This document shows, piece by piece, positions 9,690-17,568 of a stretch of DNA of 64,000 nt. The translations under genes and the position numbers were made by a program. Below the pieces are notes generated by a model. It made no database searches, had not been told where the DNA came from, and worked only from the letters and a program-made list of their open reading frames with translations. Each line of letters starts with the position of its first letter. The first letter of the stretch is position 1. Source of the stretch: a virus; IMG/VR virus record IMGVR_UViG_3300035696_000038, positions 5,616-69,615 of that record, one strand, 5' to 3'.

Positions 9690-9811
9690 AATGGCGGTTA
9701 CTGTACGGTTTACACGCCCTTTCAAGGCGAATGCAGGTTCGAATCCTGCCGGTCGCGCAAGCGAACGTTGCTAAATTGGCAAAAGCACTAACCGGACGAC
9801 TTACCGCCATT
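9690..9811 (+). ncRNA. Circularly permuted tRNA-like RNA unit 3 (YrlA-like)
   Basis: Closing stem ATGGCGGT/ACCGCCAT. Order is anticodon-like arm (CGCC-CTTTCAA-GGCG), T arm (GCAGG-TTCGAAT-CCTGC), GCAA-capped acceptor hairpin, D-like arm. Confidence 0.75.
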
Positions 9812-9820
9812 GAACTTCAG

Positions 9821-9939
9821 GGGGGAGAAGCAGATGAACAAACGGATGCGACTTTCTGGGCGACCGGATACTGCCTGCGTTTACATGCACAGCCTGTCCA
9901 AGGCTGCTTTAGCTGGTGAAACACCAGCCTCCTCCACCA
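9821..9939 (+). ncRNA. tRNA-like RNA unit 4 (anticodon TCC, 3' CCA) with D-loop insertion
   Basis: Acceptor GGGGGAG/CTCCTCC-A-CCA; CAGCC-TGTCCAA-GGCTG; GCTGG-TGAAACA-CCAGC; insert GACTT-TCTGG-GCGA-CCGGA-TACT. Confidence 0.75.
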
Positions 9940-9940
9940 G

Positions 9941-10084
9941 TCTGGGCTGATACGGGTCGCGGTTACATGTTGATTTCCACCTCGTAAGTGGAAGCCCCCC
10001 CATAAAAATCACGGGGGCTTCAGGGATAGGCCGCAAGGCCGAGTCCTGAATCGAACAAAACCACAACCGACTTTCAGCCCAAGA
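9941..10084 (+). ncRNA. Structured RNA unit 5 with the same internal-loop motif
   Basis: GGGCTGA-TACG-GGT...ACC-GACTT-TCAGCCC encloses three hairpins, one anticodon-like (TTCCAC-CTCGTAA-GTGGAA). Confidence 0.65.
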
Positions 10085-10110
10085 CCTTCCTGCCGAGGAC
10101 TCAAAAAACC

Positions 10111-10650
10111 ATGGCCAGCGGTGACAGGTTTTACGAACTTGACTTGCGCCATCGTGAGGCGCTGTACGGCGACATTGGCTCGATCTTGCGGATCGAGGGA
10201 CTGGTGATCGGCGGCGAAGGCGCGCAATGTGTGCTGATGCTCCCCGATACCGAATGGAAGGGATGGGAAACGCCCGTCAACCATCTTGACGAAGCGGAAT
10301 GGACCGACTGGCTGCATAGATCCGACAACCCCGAGATACTGGTGATGCCGGCCAAGGCCTTCCACCGCAAGGTGCGCCACGAAATATCGGGTGCCGTGCA
10401 GCAGAAAGTGTGGATGGCCGATGGGCTGAAATGCGTTTACTGCGGCGCGATGATGGGCAAGGTACAGTTGACCGTGGACCATTTCGTCCCGATGGAAATG
10501 GGCGGCACGAACGATACCTCGAACTACCTTTCGGCCTGCCGAAAGTGCAACAAGGATAAGGGCGCCATGGACCCACGCGACTTTTGCGAGTGGCGCAACC
10601 TGAACTATGAAGCGCTGGTGGATTACCTGGCGCGGCGGAAGGTGGCTTGA
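10111..10650 (+). CDS. HNH endonuclease domain protein
   Basis: CVYCG...LTVDHFVP...GG.ND.SNYLSACRKCNKDKG. Confidence 0.88.
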   Translation: MASGDRFYELDLRHREALYGDIGSILRIEGLVIGGEGAQCVLMLPDTEWKGWETPVNHLDEAEWTDWLHRSDNPEILVMPAKAFHRKVRHEISGAVQQKVWMADGLKCVYCGAMMGKVQLTVDHFVPMEMGGTNDTSNYLSACRKCNKDKGAMDPRDFCEWRNLNYEALVDYLARRKVA

Positions 10651-10678
10651 GCGGACTTTTGGGAAGGGGGTAAAAACA

Positions 10679-12178
10679 GTGGAAACAGGACTGACCAAGA
10701 ACCAGATTTTGTCGCAACTTTCGAAGTCGCCACACGGAGACCTGAAGGAATATATTCCGGTGGTGCAGGTGGCCGTGAAGCAGGAACCCGAGTTCCTGGC
10801 CCACCTGATTGCGTGGGACCGGCTGAACGGCCAGGTGCGCGACGCTAAAGTCGCGCTGCCGGTGATCACACTGACGGTGCCCGGATTCCCGGTAGAACTG
10901 GCCGAAAACTCTCTGGCCCACGCCGCGCTACTCGGACCGCGGGAGCTGCTGCGCGCCTGCCGCTTTGCCGGCCCGGTGGTGTTTGGACCGAACGGCAAGA
11001 TCCGCAAGATGCGCCTGCTGATCCAAAAGTGGCTGCAAGAAAAAGAGCGGGACCAGAGGGGCTGGGACCGAGTTGCCCTGCAGCACCGGCAGACGCTGAA
11101 GGAACTCTACTGCCTGGCGCACGCCAAGCCGGGAAGCGACCGAGCCAACGTGGTGATGTTTGGCCGCGCACTGGATAAAACCAAGACGCCACTGCCCAAA
11201 GGCTCGGTGTTTGAAGCGGTGGCGCGGCTGAAGGATATGTCTGCCGCCGAAGCGGCGGGCGAGATTGTGCGCCGCAAAATTCCCTTTCTGGTGGCGCACG
11301 GCGCGCTGGGCGCGAAGGCCAAGGACCCTGACCTGGTGCTGGCGCTGATTGGCCAAATGTCACCGACGGAGCTGGTGACCAATACCAAGATGCTGGAGAA
11401 GCTCGGTGTCAAAAGCAATCCGGCGCTGCGCGGCGCGTTCGAGGAGGCCATCGGCAAGGCCGCGAAGAGCAAGAAGAACGTGCTGAAGACCACGCGCGCC
11501 GCCGAAGCCATTGAAGACGAAACGCTCAAGGAAAAGCTGCGCGGCTTGCAGGACAAGCAACTGCAGGCGATGGGCGTGGAAGGGAACTGGCTGGTGCTGG
11601 GCGATAAATCTGGCTCAATGACGCGCGCCATCGAGATTGCGAAACAGATTGCCGCAACCCTGGCCAAGATGGTGAAAGGCAAGGTGTGGCTGGTCTTCTT
11701 CGACACCGCGCCGCAGACCATTGACGTGACCGGCGCCGCGCTGGACACCATCCAGAAGGCAACGCGCTACATTACGGCCAATGGCGGCACCTCAATTGGC
11801 TGCGGGCTGCAACGGATGCTCGAAGCCAAGGAAGAGATCGACGGCATCGCCATTGTTTCAGACGGCGGCGAGAACACGGTGCCCTACTTCCACCAGGTTT
11901 ACCCGCAGTATGCGGCGTTTGCCGGGAAGCAGCCGACCGTTTACCTTTACCATTGCGGCGACCGCAGCAGCGCCTTTACCGGCTTTATGCAGCGCGCGGG
12001 AATCGATATGCAGGTGTTCGAGATTTCAGAGAACATCGACTTCTATTCGCTGCCAAATTTGGTGAGCACCATGCGGACCAATCGCTACTCACTGTGTGAC
12101 GAGGTGATGGCGACGCCGCTGCTGACCATGAACGATGTATTCAAAACAGAACAGGAGGAGTTGAGCCATGCTTCTTGA
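10679..12178 (+). CDS. TROVE/Ro60-like RNA-binding protein with C-terminal vWA domain
   Basis: ~300 aa helical N-terminal region (EPEFLAHLIAW..GQVRD) followed by MIDAS motifs LVLGDKSGSM, GGTSIG and IVSDGGEN; ~500 aa; adjacent to tRNA-like RNAs. GTG start after AAGGGGG. Confidence 0.7.
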   Translation: METGLTKNQILSQLSKSPHGDLKEYIPVVQVAVKQEPEFLAHLIAWDRLNGQVRDAKVALPVITLTVPGFPVELAENSLAHAALLGPRELLRACRFAGPVVFGPNGKIRKMRLLIQKWLQEKERDQRGWDRVALQHRQTLKELYCLAHAKPGSDRANVVMFGRALDKTKTPLPKGSVFEAVARLKDMSAAEAAGEIVRRKIPFLVAHGALGAKAKDPDLVLALIGQMSPTELVTNTKMLEKLGVKSNPALRGAFEEAIGKAAKSKKNVLKTTRAAEAIEDETLKEKLRGLQDKQLQAMGVEGNWLVLGDKSGSMTRAIEIAKQIAATLAKMVKGKVWLVFFDTAPQTIDVTGAALDTIQKATRYITANGGTSIGCGLQRMLEAKEEIDGIAIVSDGGENTVPYFHQVYPQYAAFAGKQPTVYLYHCGDRSSAFTGFMQRAGIDMQVFEISENIDFYSLPNLVSTMRTNRYSLCDEVMATPLLTMNDVFKTEQEELSHAS

Positions 12179-12464
12179 AGCTTACCGAAACTTCAACAAG
12201 GAACGGATGGATCTGGACGAGTTGGTGGAGTTGGCCGCGTTTGGCCGGATGCTGCGCCAGGAGTACGAGGCGCAGAAGGTGGACGAACCGGAGTTTGTGG
12301 GAATCCAACTTACCGGCTTGCGCCGCGAGATCCAATCGCGCCTGGATGACCAGCGCGAAAAGCGCCGCCGGCAGATCAAGACCCAACTGCAGGGCTTGAA
12401 GACCACCGCCGAGCGCCGCACCGAGCTGGAAGAGGAACTGAAGAACTTGGAAATCGTGCCGTGA
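12168..12464 (+). CDS. Small coiled-coil protein translationally coupled to the TROVE-vWA gene
   Basis: AGGAGG RBS; overlaps the upstream stop. Confidence 0.75.
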   Translation: MLLEAYRNFNKERMDLDELVELAAFGRMLRQEYEAQKVDEPEFVGIQLTGLRREIQSRLDDQREKRRRQIKTQLQGLKTTAERRTELEEELKNLEIVP

Positions 12465-12467
12465 AGA

Positions 12468-12543
12468 CAGTTCTCAGCCGCCAGTTGTCAGTTTTCAGCA
12501 AAAAGCCCGGGGCTGAAAACTGACGACTGGGAACTGACAACTG
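12468..12543. repeat. Inverted heptamer repeats around AAAAAGCCCGGG
   Basis: CAGTTCT CAGCCGC CAGTTGT CAGTTTT CAG ... CTGAAAA CTGACGA CTGGGAA CTGACAA CTG; near-identical layout at 37725-37815. Confidence 0.75.
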
Positions 12544-12559
12544 CGCTATAATTGCGGCC

Positions 12560-12781
12560 ATGACGAACCTGCAGCTAGCCCTGTCGATCGGTATTCCTTC
12601 CATCTTGGTTCTGGTGGGAATCTTTTTGAATAACGCCCGTTTCGGCGCTATCGACGGGCGGTTCAGCGCGATCGACGCACGCCTGGATCGGATGCAAGCC
12701 GATCTTTCGCAGTTTTACCGCGACCTGGGCCGGCACGATGCGGAGATTGCGAACCTGAAGGACCGCCAGCGCAACGCTTAG
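12560..12781 (+). CDS. Small TM plus coiled-coil protein, leaderless
   Basis: TATAAT-TGCGGCC-ATG; MTNLQLALSIGIPSILVLVGIFLNNARF. Confidence 0.75.
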   Translation: MTNLQLALSIGIPSILVLVGIFLNNARFGAIDGRFSAIDARLDRMQADLSQFYRDLGRHDAEIANLKDRQRNA

Positions 12782-12898
12782 CTTCCGGCTCTGCGCGTTG
12801 CCACCCGCGAATTTGCCAAATTGGGTCTTCACCAGAAGTCCAGACTCTGGACTGAAAACTGACAACCGAAAACCGACAACTGAACTATAATTGCGCTC

Positions 12899-13441
12899 AT
12901 GAATTGGCGCGAAGAATGCCGCAACCTGCACTGGGAAGCAATTGCAGCGCTGAAACGGGATGGGCGCATCCCTTTTTTGCTGCGAGCCTATGACCAAGAT
13001 GGAAAAATTAGCGCACCAGATCTGGCGCTCAAAGACGGGCTGGACGACATAAGCCGAACCTTGCTGCGCACCGTAGCGGCAGCTTTGTTTCGCGCCGTCG
13101 ATCAACCTGCGGCATTGACCCAAAGCGATGCCATGGAAGTGAGCCAGCCGAAGTTCTGTGCTTATTTCAACCTTCCCAAGACCTTGCGGGCAGAGCAATA
13201 CATGGAGGAGTACAACCGCATAGTGAGCAGTCAATTTGGCGGCACAATGGCTAACTTGCCCAGGCAACTTTGGTCGGAGGCGATTATTACGCGCTTGAAG
13301 GGCCCCAAAATCGAGCCGGTCCTTTTTCATACGGCTTACCAGAGGGAGGAAGAGGCCGGGATCGTCTTTGGAAAAACCAGGGAGTTGGACGTGGGCTTTG
13401 ACTACCTGCTGCCAGACTGGTGGGACGCGATGAAGCAGTGA
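12899..13441 (+). CDS. Hypothetical protein, leaderless
   Basis: TATAAT-TGCGCTC-ATG, preceded by heptamer repeats and a palindrome copy. Confidence 0.7.
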   Translation: MNWREECRNLHWEAIAALKRDGRIPFLLRAYDQDGKISAPDLALKDGLDDISRTLLRTVAAALFRAVDQPAALTQSDAMEVSQPKFCAYFNLPKTLRAEQYMEEYNRIVSSQFGGTMANLPRQLWSEAIITRLKGPKIEPVLFHTAYQREEEAGIVFGKTRELDVGFDYLLPDWWDAMKQ

Positions 13442-13502
13442 ACGGCACAAATTTGCGCGCATTCGGGAGAAGGTGTATAGTCTCTTGCTTTGGGAGAAGA
13501 AC

Positions 13503-14267
13503 ATGACCAAATTGCACGAATTGCTGGCTGTGCAGAGCAGCTTGAGCGGGCAGGCATCGAAGGTGCGCCAGGAACTGGCCGTGACCTTCGAGAAAAAGCG
13601 CCACCTCTTCGAGGAGCGGCGCAAGAGCTTCCGATCAAACGAAGAAGGAGTCCCGGTAGCGGTGGAGGAGCAGCAGGACATCCAGACCACCGTGGCCAGC
13701 GAGATTGAGTGGATCTCAAACCACCTTGCCAAAGCCGTGGACGTGGCCTACCAGGTTGACTTGGCCAACACCGAAGCCAAAGCCGACGTGGTGACCGAGG
13801 ACGGAGAGACGCTGGTAAAAGATTTGCCGGCGACGACGCTGCTGCAACTGGAAAAGCGGGTGGCGGAGTGGAAGGAACTGATTGTCGCCATTCCCACGCT
13901 CGACCCCGCCAAGGGCTTTAAGCCAGACGAGATGCGCGGCTTGGGCTTTTGGAAAGCGAGGGATGTCACCAAGCCGCGCACCAAGAAAGAAAAGAAACCG
14001 CTGGTGCTTTACCCAGCCACCGACAAACACCCCGCGCAAACCCAAGTGCTCGACGTGGACACCGTTACTGGAACCATCTTGGAGCAAGAATGGAGCGCAT
14101 TGATCACGCCGACAATGAAAGCCGAACTGCTGGACCGCGTGGAAACGCTGTACAGAGCGGTGACCAAGGCGCGTTCGAAGGCCAACGACCACTCTGTCGA
14201 CACCGCCGGCAAGAAGATTGGCGAAACGCTGCTGGACTTCGTGTTTAAGCCGCTGACCGCGAGTTGA
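13503..14267 (+). CDS. Conserved coiled-coil protein of unknown function (MTKLHELLAV...ATDKHPAQ family)
   Basis: GGGAGA RBS. The ATDKHPAQ motif resembles a family recalled from phages and actinobacteria (not verified by search). Confidence 0.8.
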   Translation: MTKLHELLAVQSSLSGQASKVRQELAVTFEKKRHLFEERRKSFRSNEEGVPVAVEEQQDIQTTVASEIEWISNHLAKAVDVAYQVDLANTEAKADVVTEDGETLVKDLPATTLLQLEKRVAEWKELIVAIPTLDPAKGFKPDEMRGLGFWKARDVTKPRTKKEKKPLVLYPATDKHPAQTQVLDVDTVTGTILEQEWSALITPTMKAELLDRVETLYRAVTKARSKANDHSVDTAGKKIGETLLDFVFKPLTAS

Positions 14268-14276
14268 GGAGGCGTT

Positions 14277-14543
14277 GTGCGACTGCCGGAGCTGAACGCC
14301 GAAGAGTTCGAGACGCTGTTGATTATGTGCGGCTATGCTACGGGAGCGGCGGCTGAAAAGGGTGATAGTTTTTTTGTCGATCGCTTTTTACGCCTGGTGA
14401 ACAAATTGAACGAATGCAACCCGCAATTCGTCCCCTACGAAACTCGGGGCGATGCAGGAGAAGATCGACGGGCTGAAGCAAGATGCCCGCGCAAGTTGGG
14501 TGGGGCCGAAAGGCTCGATCCAGGCTCAGACTTAAACTCATGA
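14277..14543 (+). CDS. Small hypothetical protein; 3' part overlaps the structured RNA
   Basis: GAGGAGG RBS before GTG. Confidence 0.45.
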   Translation: MRLPELNAEEFETLLIMCGYATGAAAEKGDSFFVDRFLRLVNKLNECNPQFVPYETRGDAGEDRRAEARCPRKLGGAERLDPGSDLNS

Positions 14544-14623
14544 CTCAAACTCAACCCGGCACCGCAAAGCCGGTTCAGATTCTCACCCAAAGGCTTATCG
14601 CGGTAAAACGATAGCAAGGCAGG

Positions 14624-14722
14624 CTGAGCCAACCAAACACGAGTCGCCGGTTCAAATCCGGCAGGGCCGCCCAAAAAACACCGGCCCTTAGCTCAGCGGT
14701 AGAGCACGTGGATCAGGCTCAG
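14624..14722 (+). ncRNA. YrlA-like circularly permuted tRNA mimic
   Basis: T arm GCCGG-TTCAAAT-CCGGC, then closed acceptor hairpin AGGGCCG/CGGCCCT, then D arm TAGCTCAGCGGTAGAGCA; enclosed by CACG/CGTG and CTGAGCC/GGCTCAG. Confidence 0.8.
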
Positions 14723-14758
14723 GGCTCTGGGTTGCCAAGCAAGGCGTGGCCGCACAAC

Positions 14759-14831
14759 CATCGACTAGCTCAGAGGTAGAGCATACGACGGCAAATCGTA
14801 GATCATCGGTTCAAATCCGGTGTCGATAACA
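14759..14831 (+). tRNA. Atypical or pseudo tRNA (anticodon GCA, Cys-like; G33; no CCA)
   Basis: ATCGAC/GTCGAT acceptor; TAGCTCAGAGGTAGAGCA; TACGA-CGGCAAA-TCGTA; ATCGG-TTCAAAT-CCGGT. Confidence 0.6.
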
Positions 14832-14833
14832 TA

Positions 14834-14863
14834 GGGGCCGTTCGCGCGGTAGCGGGCGGCCCC
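14834..14863. repeat. REP-like GC hairpin GGGGCCGTTCGCGCGGTAGCGGGCGGCCCC (copies at 15296-15314 and inverted at 16904-16934)
   Basis: 19-bp identical direct repeat at 14844 and 15296; reverse-complement copy after the AAA ATPase gene. Confidence 0.7.
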
Positions 14864-14906
14864 ACCTATTTTGATGCGGAGTTCCTCCGCACTCTAGGAA
14901 TGCGGT

Positions 14907-15296
14907 ATGGGCTACACGGGCGAGAAAAAGCGGACATATCAGCGCCAATGGATCAAGGCGAGGCGAGACGTATGGATCAAGGAACATGGACCATGCGTCG
15001 ACTGCGGCGGCTGGGAGGAACTTGAGATTGACCATCGGGATCGGTCAACAAAAGAGAGATTTATTAGTCGGATATGGTCATATTCTGCCGCAAAGAGGAT
15101 GGAAGAGTTGGAGAAGTGCGTTGTCCGCTGCACCGCCTGTCATCGCAAGAAGACACACAAAGAGACCACCCGCTCCGAGGCCGAAAGACACGGACGGTAC
15201 ACAACCTACAACAAAGACAAATGCCGTTGCGCGGCATGTGTGGCGGCAGCGAATGAACATAAACGGGAATACCGCACAAAGGGCGGTGCGCATTAG
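14907..15296 (+). CDS. HNH homing-type endonuclease
   Basis: CVDCG..LEIDHRD...ELEKCVVRCTACHRKKT; C-terminal HG..TTY..KCRCAAC. Confidence 0.85.
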   Translation: MGYTGEKKRTYQRQWIKARRDVWIKEHGPCVDCGGWEELEIDHRDRSTKERFISRIWSYSAAKRMEELEKCVVRCTACHRKKTHKETTRSEAERHGRYTTYNKDKCRCAACVAAANEHKREYRTKGGAH

Positions 15297-15394
15297 CGCG
15301 GTAGCGGGCGGCCCTTTAATTTGCCGTGAAAATTATTTGCGCGCGTGCACGGAAAACGCGATAGAGTGCTGTTTACGCTTTAAGGAGGCGTGAT

Positions 15395-16879
15395 ATGGGG
15401 CTGAAGATCAACGAAGCAGAGAAGCCGCAAAAGACCGTGGTTGCCGAAATAACACGCGCTGGCGAGGCGATCACCATACCTACCGGGGTGACGATTGCCG
15501 AGGCAATTGAGGTTCTGGCCGCGAAGCAAAAAGAAGAAGAACAGGTTGTAGCACTGTCGGAAGAGTTTGACGCGTTTATCTGGGATGGTTGCTTTGCGCT
15601 GGCCAACGCCCTGGATAAGAAGTTTGGTTGGTACAGGCAGATGTCCACGCCGGGATCGTTCTTCTCGCCCAACCAGTCACCGCAACTGCGCAGCGTGAAG
15701 GCGGGGCCTGACGAGACCGTGCAGGTGCCGTGGGGCCGGTTTCTGATTCCTGGAATTCCGGTTGGCGATGGCTATATGTCCACTGCGTATTTTCAGAACC
15801 CCACGGGCATGATCTGCTTCAGGCTCGCGGCAGAGATCCGCAGGAAGCACAGCGACCTGTTCAAGGAACTGTGCAAGGAAATCAACCTGCAACTGAAGAC
15901 AGCAAGCCTCTACAAGGCCAAGGCGATTACGATCCAGTTCCACGACGAGGACGGTGAGAAGATCGAGTTTCCCGAACCCGTGTTCCCAAAGATCGCCGCC
16001 GTGGACCCGAGCCAACTGATCTTTTCGCGCGAGATCGAAGCCTCGCTCAACGCCAACCTTTACACGCCGCTGACCAAGACCGCGCTGGTGCGCGAGGCCG
16101 GAATTCCGCTGAAGCGCGGCGTGCTGCTGGCCGGCCCCTACGGCACAGGCAAGACGTTGATTGCCACCGTCACCGCGGGACTGGCGACGAAGAACGGATG
16201 GACGTTTCTGTTTTGTCAGAGCGCGGCAGACTTTCCCGATTGCGTCCGCTTCGCCTCAAAGTACCAGCCCGCCGTGGTTTTTTGCGAGGATATTGACCGC
16301 GTGACGGATGGGGACCGCGACGAACAGATGGACGAGATTTTGAACGTGATCGACGGTGTGGATTCAAAATCGAGCGAGATCATGCTGGTGCTGACCACCA
16401 ATGAAGTTGAAAACATCCACCAGGGAATGCTGCGGCCCGGCAGACTGGATGCGGTGGTTGCCGTGGAGCGGCCGGATGCCGAGGCCGTGGAGCGGCTGAT
16501 CCGCTATTATGCGGGCACACTGCTTGAAAAAGAGGAAGACCTTGCCGAGGCCGGAGAACTGCTGGCCGGAGCGACGCCGGCGGTTATCCGCGAGGTTGTG
16601 GAGCGTGCGAAACTGACGGCGCTGGCACAGAACGAGAGTCTGCGCTTGACCGAAAACGCATTGAAGGTTGCCGCCAAAACGATGCGCGTGCAACTCGACC
16701 TGCTCAACAGGGAAGCAAAACGAGACCCTCAGCCGATGGAGGTTTTTGGCCGCGTTCTCGCGGAGCACCTTATAGCGGGAAGCAAGGCCGCGCATGTTGC
16801 CGCTCCACAGGTCTTTCGTAGTCTACAGAAGCCCGAGAATGGATATGCGCCGAAGTCTAACGGCGCGGCGGAAGCCTGA
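15395..16879 (+). CDS. AAA+ ATPase
   Basis: Walker A GPYGTGKT, Walker B VFCEDID, SRH LTTN...MLRPGRLD; AAGGAGG RBS. Confidence 0.92.
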   Translation: MGLKINEAEKPQKTVVAEITRAGEAITIPTGVTIAEAIEVLAAKQKEEEQVVALSEEFDAFIWDGCFALANALDKKFGWYRQMSTPGSFFSPNQSPQLRSVKAGPDETVQVPWGRFLIPGIPVGDGYMSTAYFQNPTGMICFRLAAEIRRKHSDLFKELCKEINLQLKTASLYKAKAITIQFHDEDGEKIEFPEPVFPKIAAVDPSQLIFSREIEASLNANLYTPLTKTALVREAGIPLKRGVLLAGPYGTGKTLIATVTAGLATKNGWTFLFCQSAADFPDCVRFASKYQPAVVFCEDIDRVTDGDRDEQMDEILNVIDGVDSKSSEIMLVLTTNEVENIHQGMLRPGRLDAVVAVERPDAEAVERLIRYYAGTLLEKEEDLAEAGELLAGATPAVIREVVERAKLTALAQNESLRLTENALKVAAKTMRVQLDLLNREAKRDPQPMEVFGRVLAEHLIAGSKAAHVAAPQVFRSLQKPENGYAPKSNGAAEA

Positions 16880-16978
16880 TAGAGAACGGGAAATGGGGCG
16901 CTTGGGGCCGCCCGCTACCACGCGGACGGTCCTTTAATTTGCGCCATTTTTGGCGCGAAAACGGTTATAATTGCGCGC

Positions 16979-17314
16979 ATGACTACGGATAAGGGAAAAA
17001 CGGGTCACTTCTGGGTCAATGGAATTGTCGCTGCGCGCAATCAAAAGCCCTATATTCAACTCTCCAATGAAAAGGGTCTGATTGTGCAATTCACGATGAG
17101 CGAAGCGCGGCAGGTGGCCATGGACATCCTGGTGATGGCGGCGCACACCGAGGCCGACGCCATGATCTTCAAATTCTTCGATAAGGCTCAATTTCCGCAA
17201 GGCGCGGCAGGCGCGTTGATGCAAGAGTTCCGCGACTTTCGCGCCGAACTCGACAGGGAAGCGGTCGAGCGGGGAAGCGAAGACGGCGATGACTCAGAAG
17301 GAGAGACGCCATGA
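16979..17314 (+). CDS. Hypothetical protein, leaderless; first gene of the run leading into the Cas12 operon
   Basis: TATAAT-TGCGCGC-ATG. Confidence 0.7.
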   Translation: MTTDKGKTGHFWVNGIVAARNQKPYIQLSNEKGLIVQFTMSEARQVAMDILVMAAHTEADAMIFKFFDKAQFPQGAAGALMQEFRDFRAELDREAVERGSEDGDDSEGETP

Positions 17315-17556
17315 ACTACGCAATGGCGCGCAAACTTGGCACGGGAGAAGCCGTGGACGTGCGGCATCTGGGTGAAGAGATCGAGCCCGGGATCTTCAGG
17401 CTGCATCATTTTATTGAAGACGTGGACTATTGCAACGCCCAGCGCGAGGTGTGGACCTGGAGCATTGGAAGACGCAAAACCGATGACGCGATTCTGGCCG
17501 CAACCGATGTGCGCTTCTATGAAAACCCGGAATTCGAGTGCCTGTGGCTGAGGTAG
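17311..17556 (+). CDS. Hypothetical protein
   Basis: ATGA overlap with the upstream gene; GGAG RBS. Confidence 0.65.
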   Translation: MNYAMARKLGTGEAVDVRHLGEEIEPGIFRLHHFIEDVDYCNAQREVWTWSIGRRKTDDAILAATDVRFYENPEFECLWLR

Positions 17557-17568
17557 TTCCGCTGGCCA

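Noticed and set aside
9405-9939. Ordinary phage tRNA genes (Ser, Met, Glu, Gly)
   Set aside because: Large D-loop or acceptor insertions, circular permutation, missing U33 in most units and an aberrant T-loop argue against canonical tRNAs; recorded as tRNA-like ncRNAs instead.
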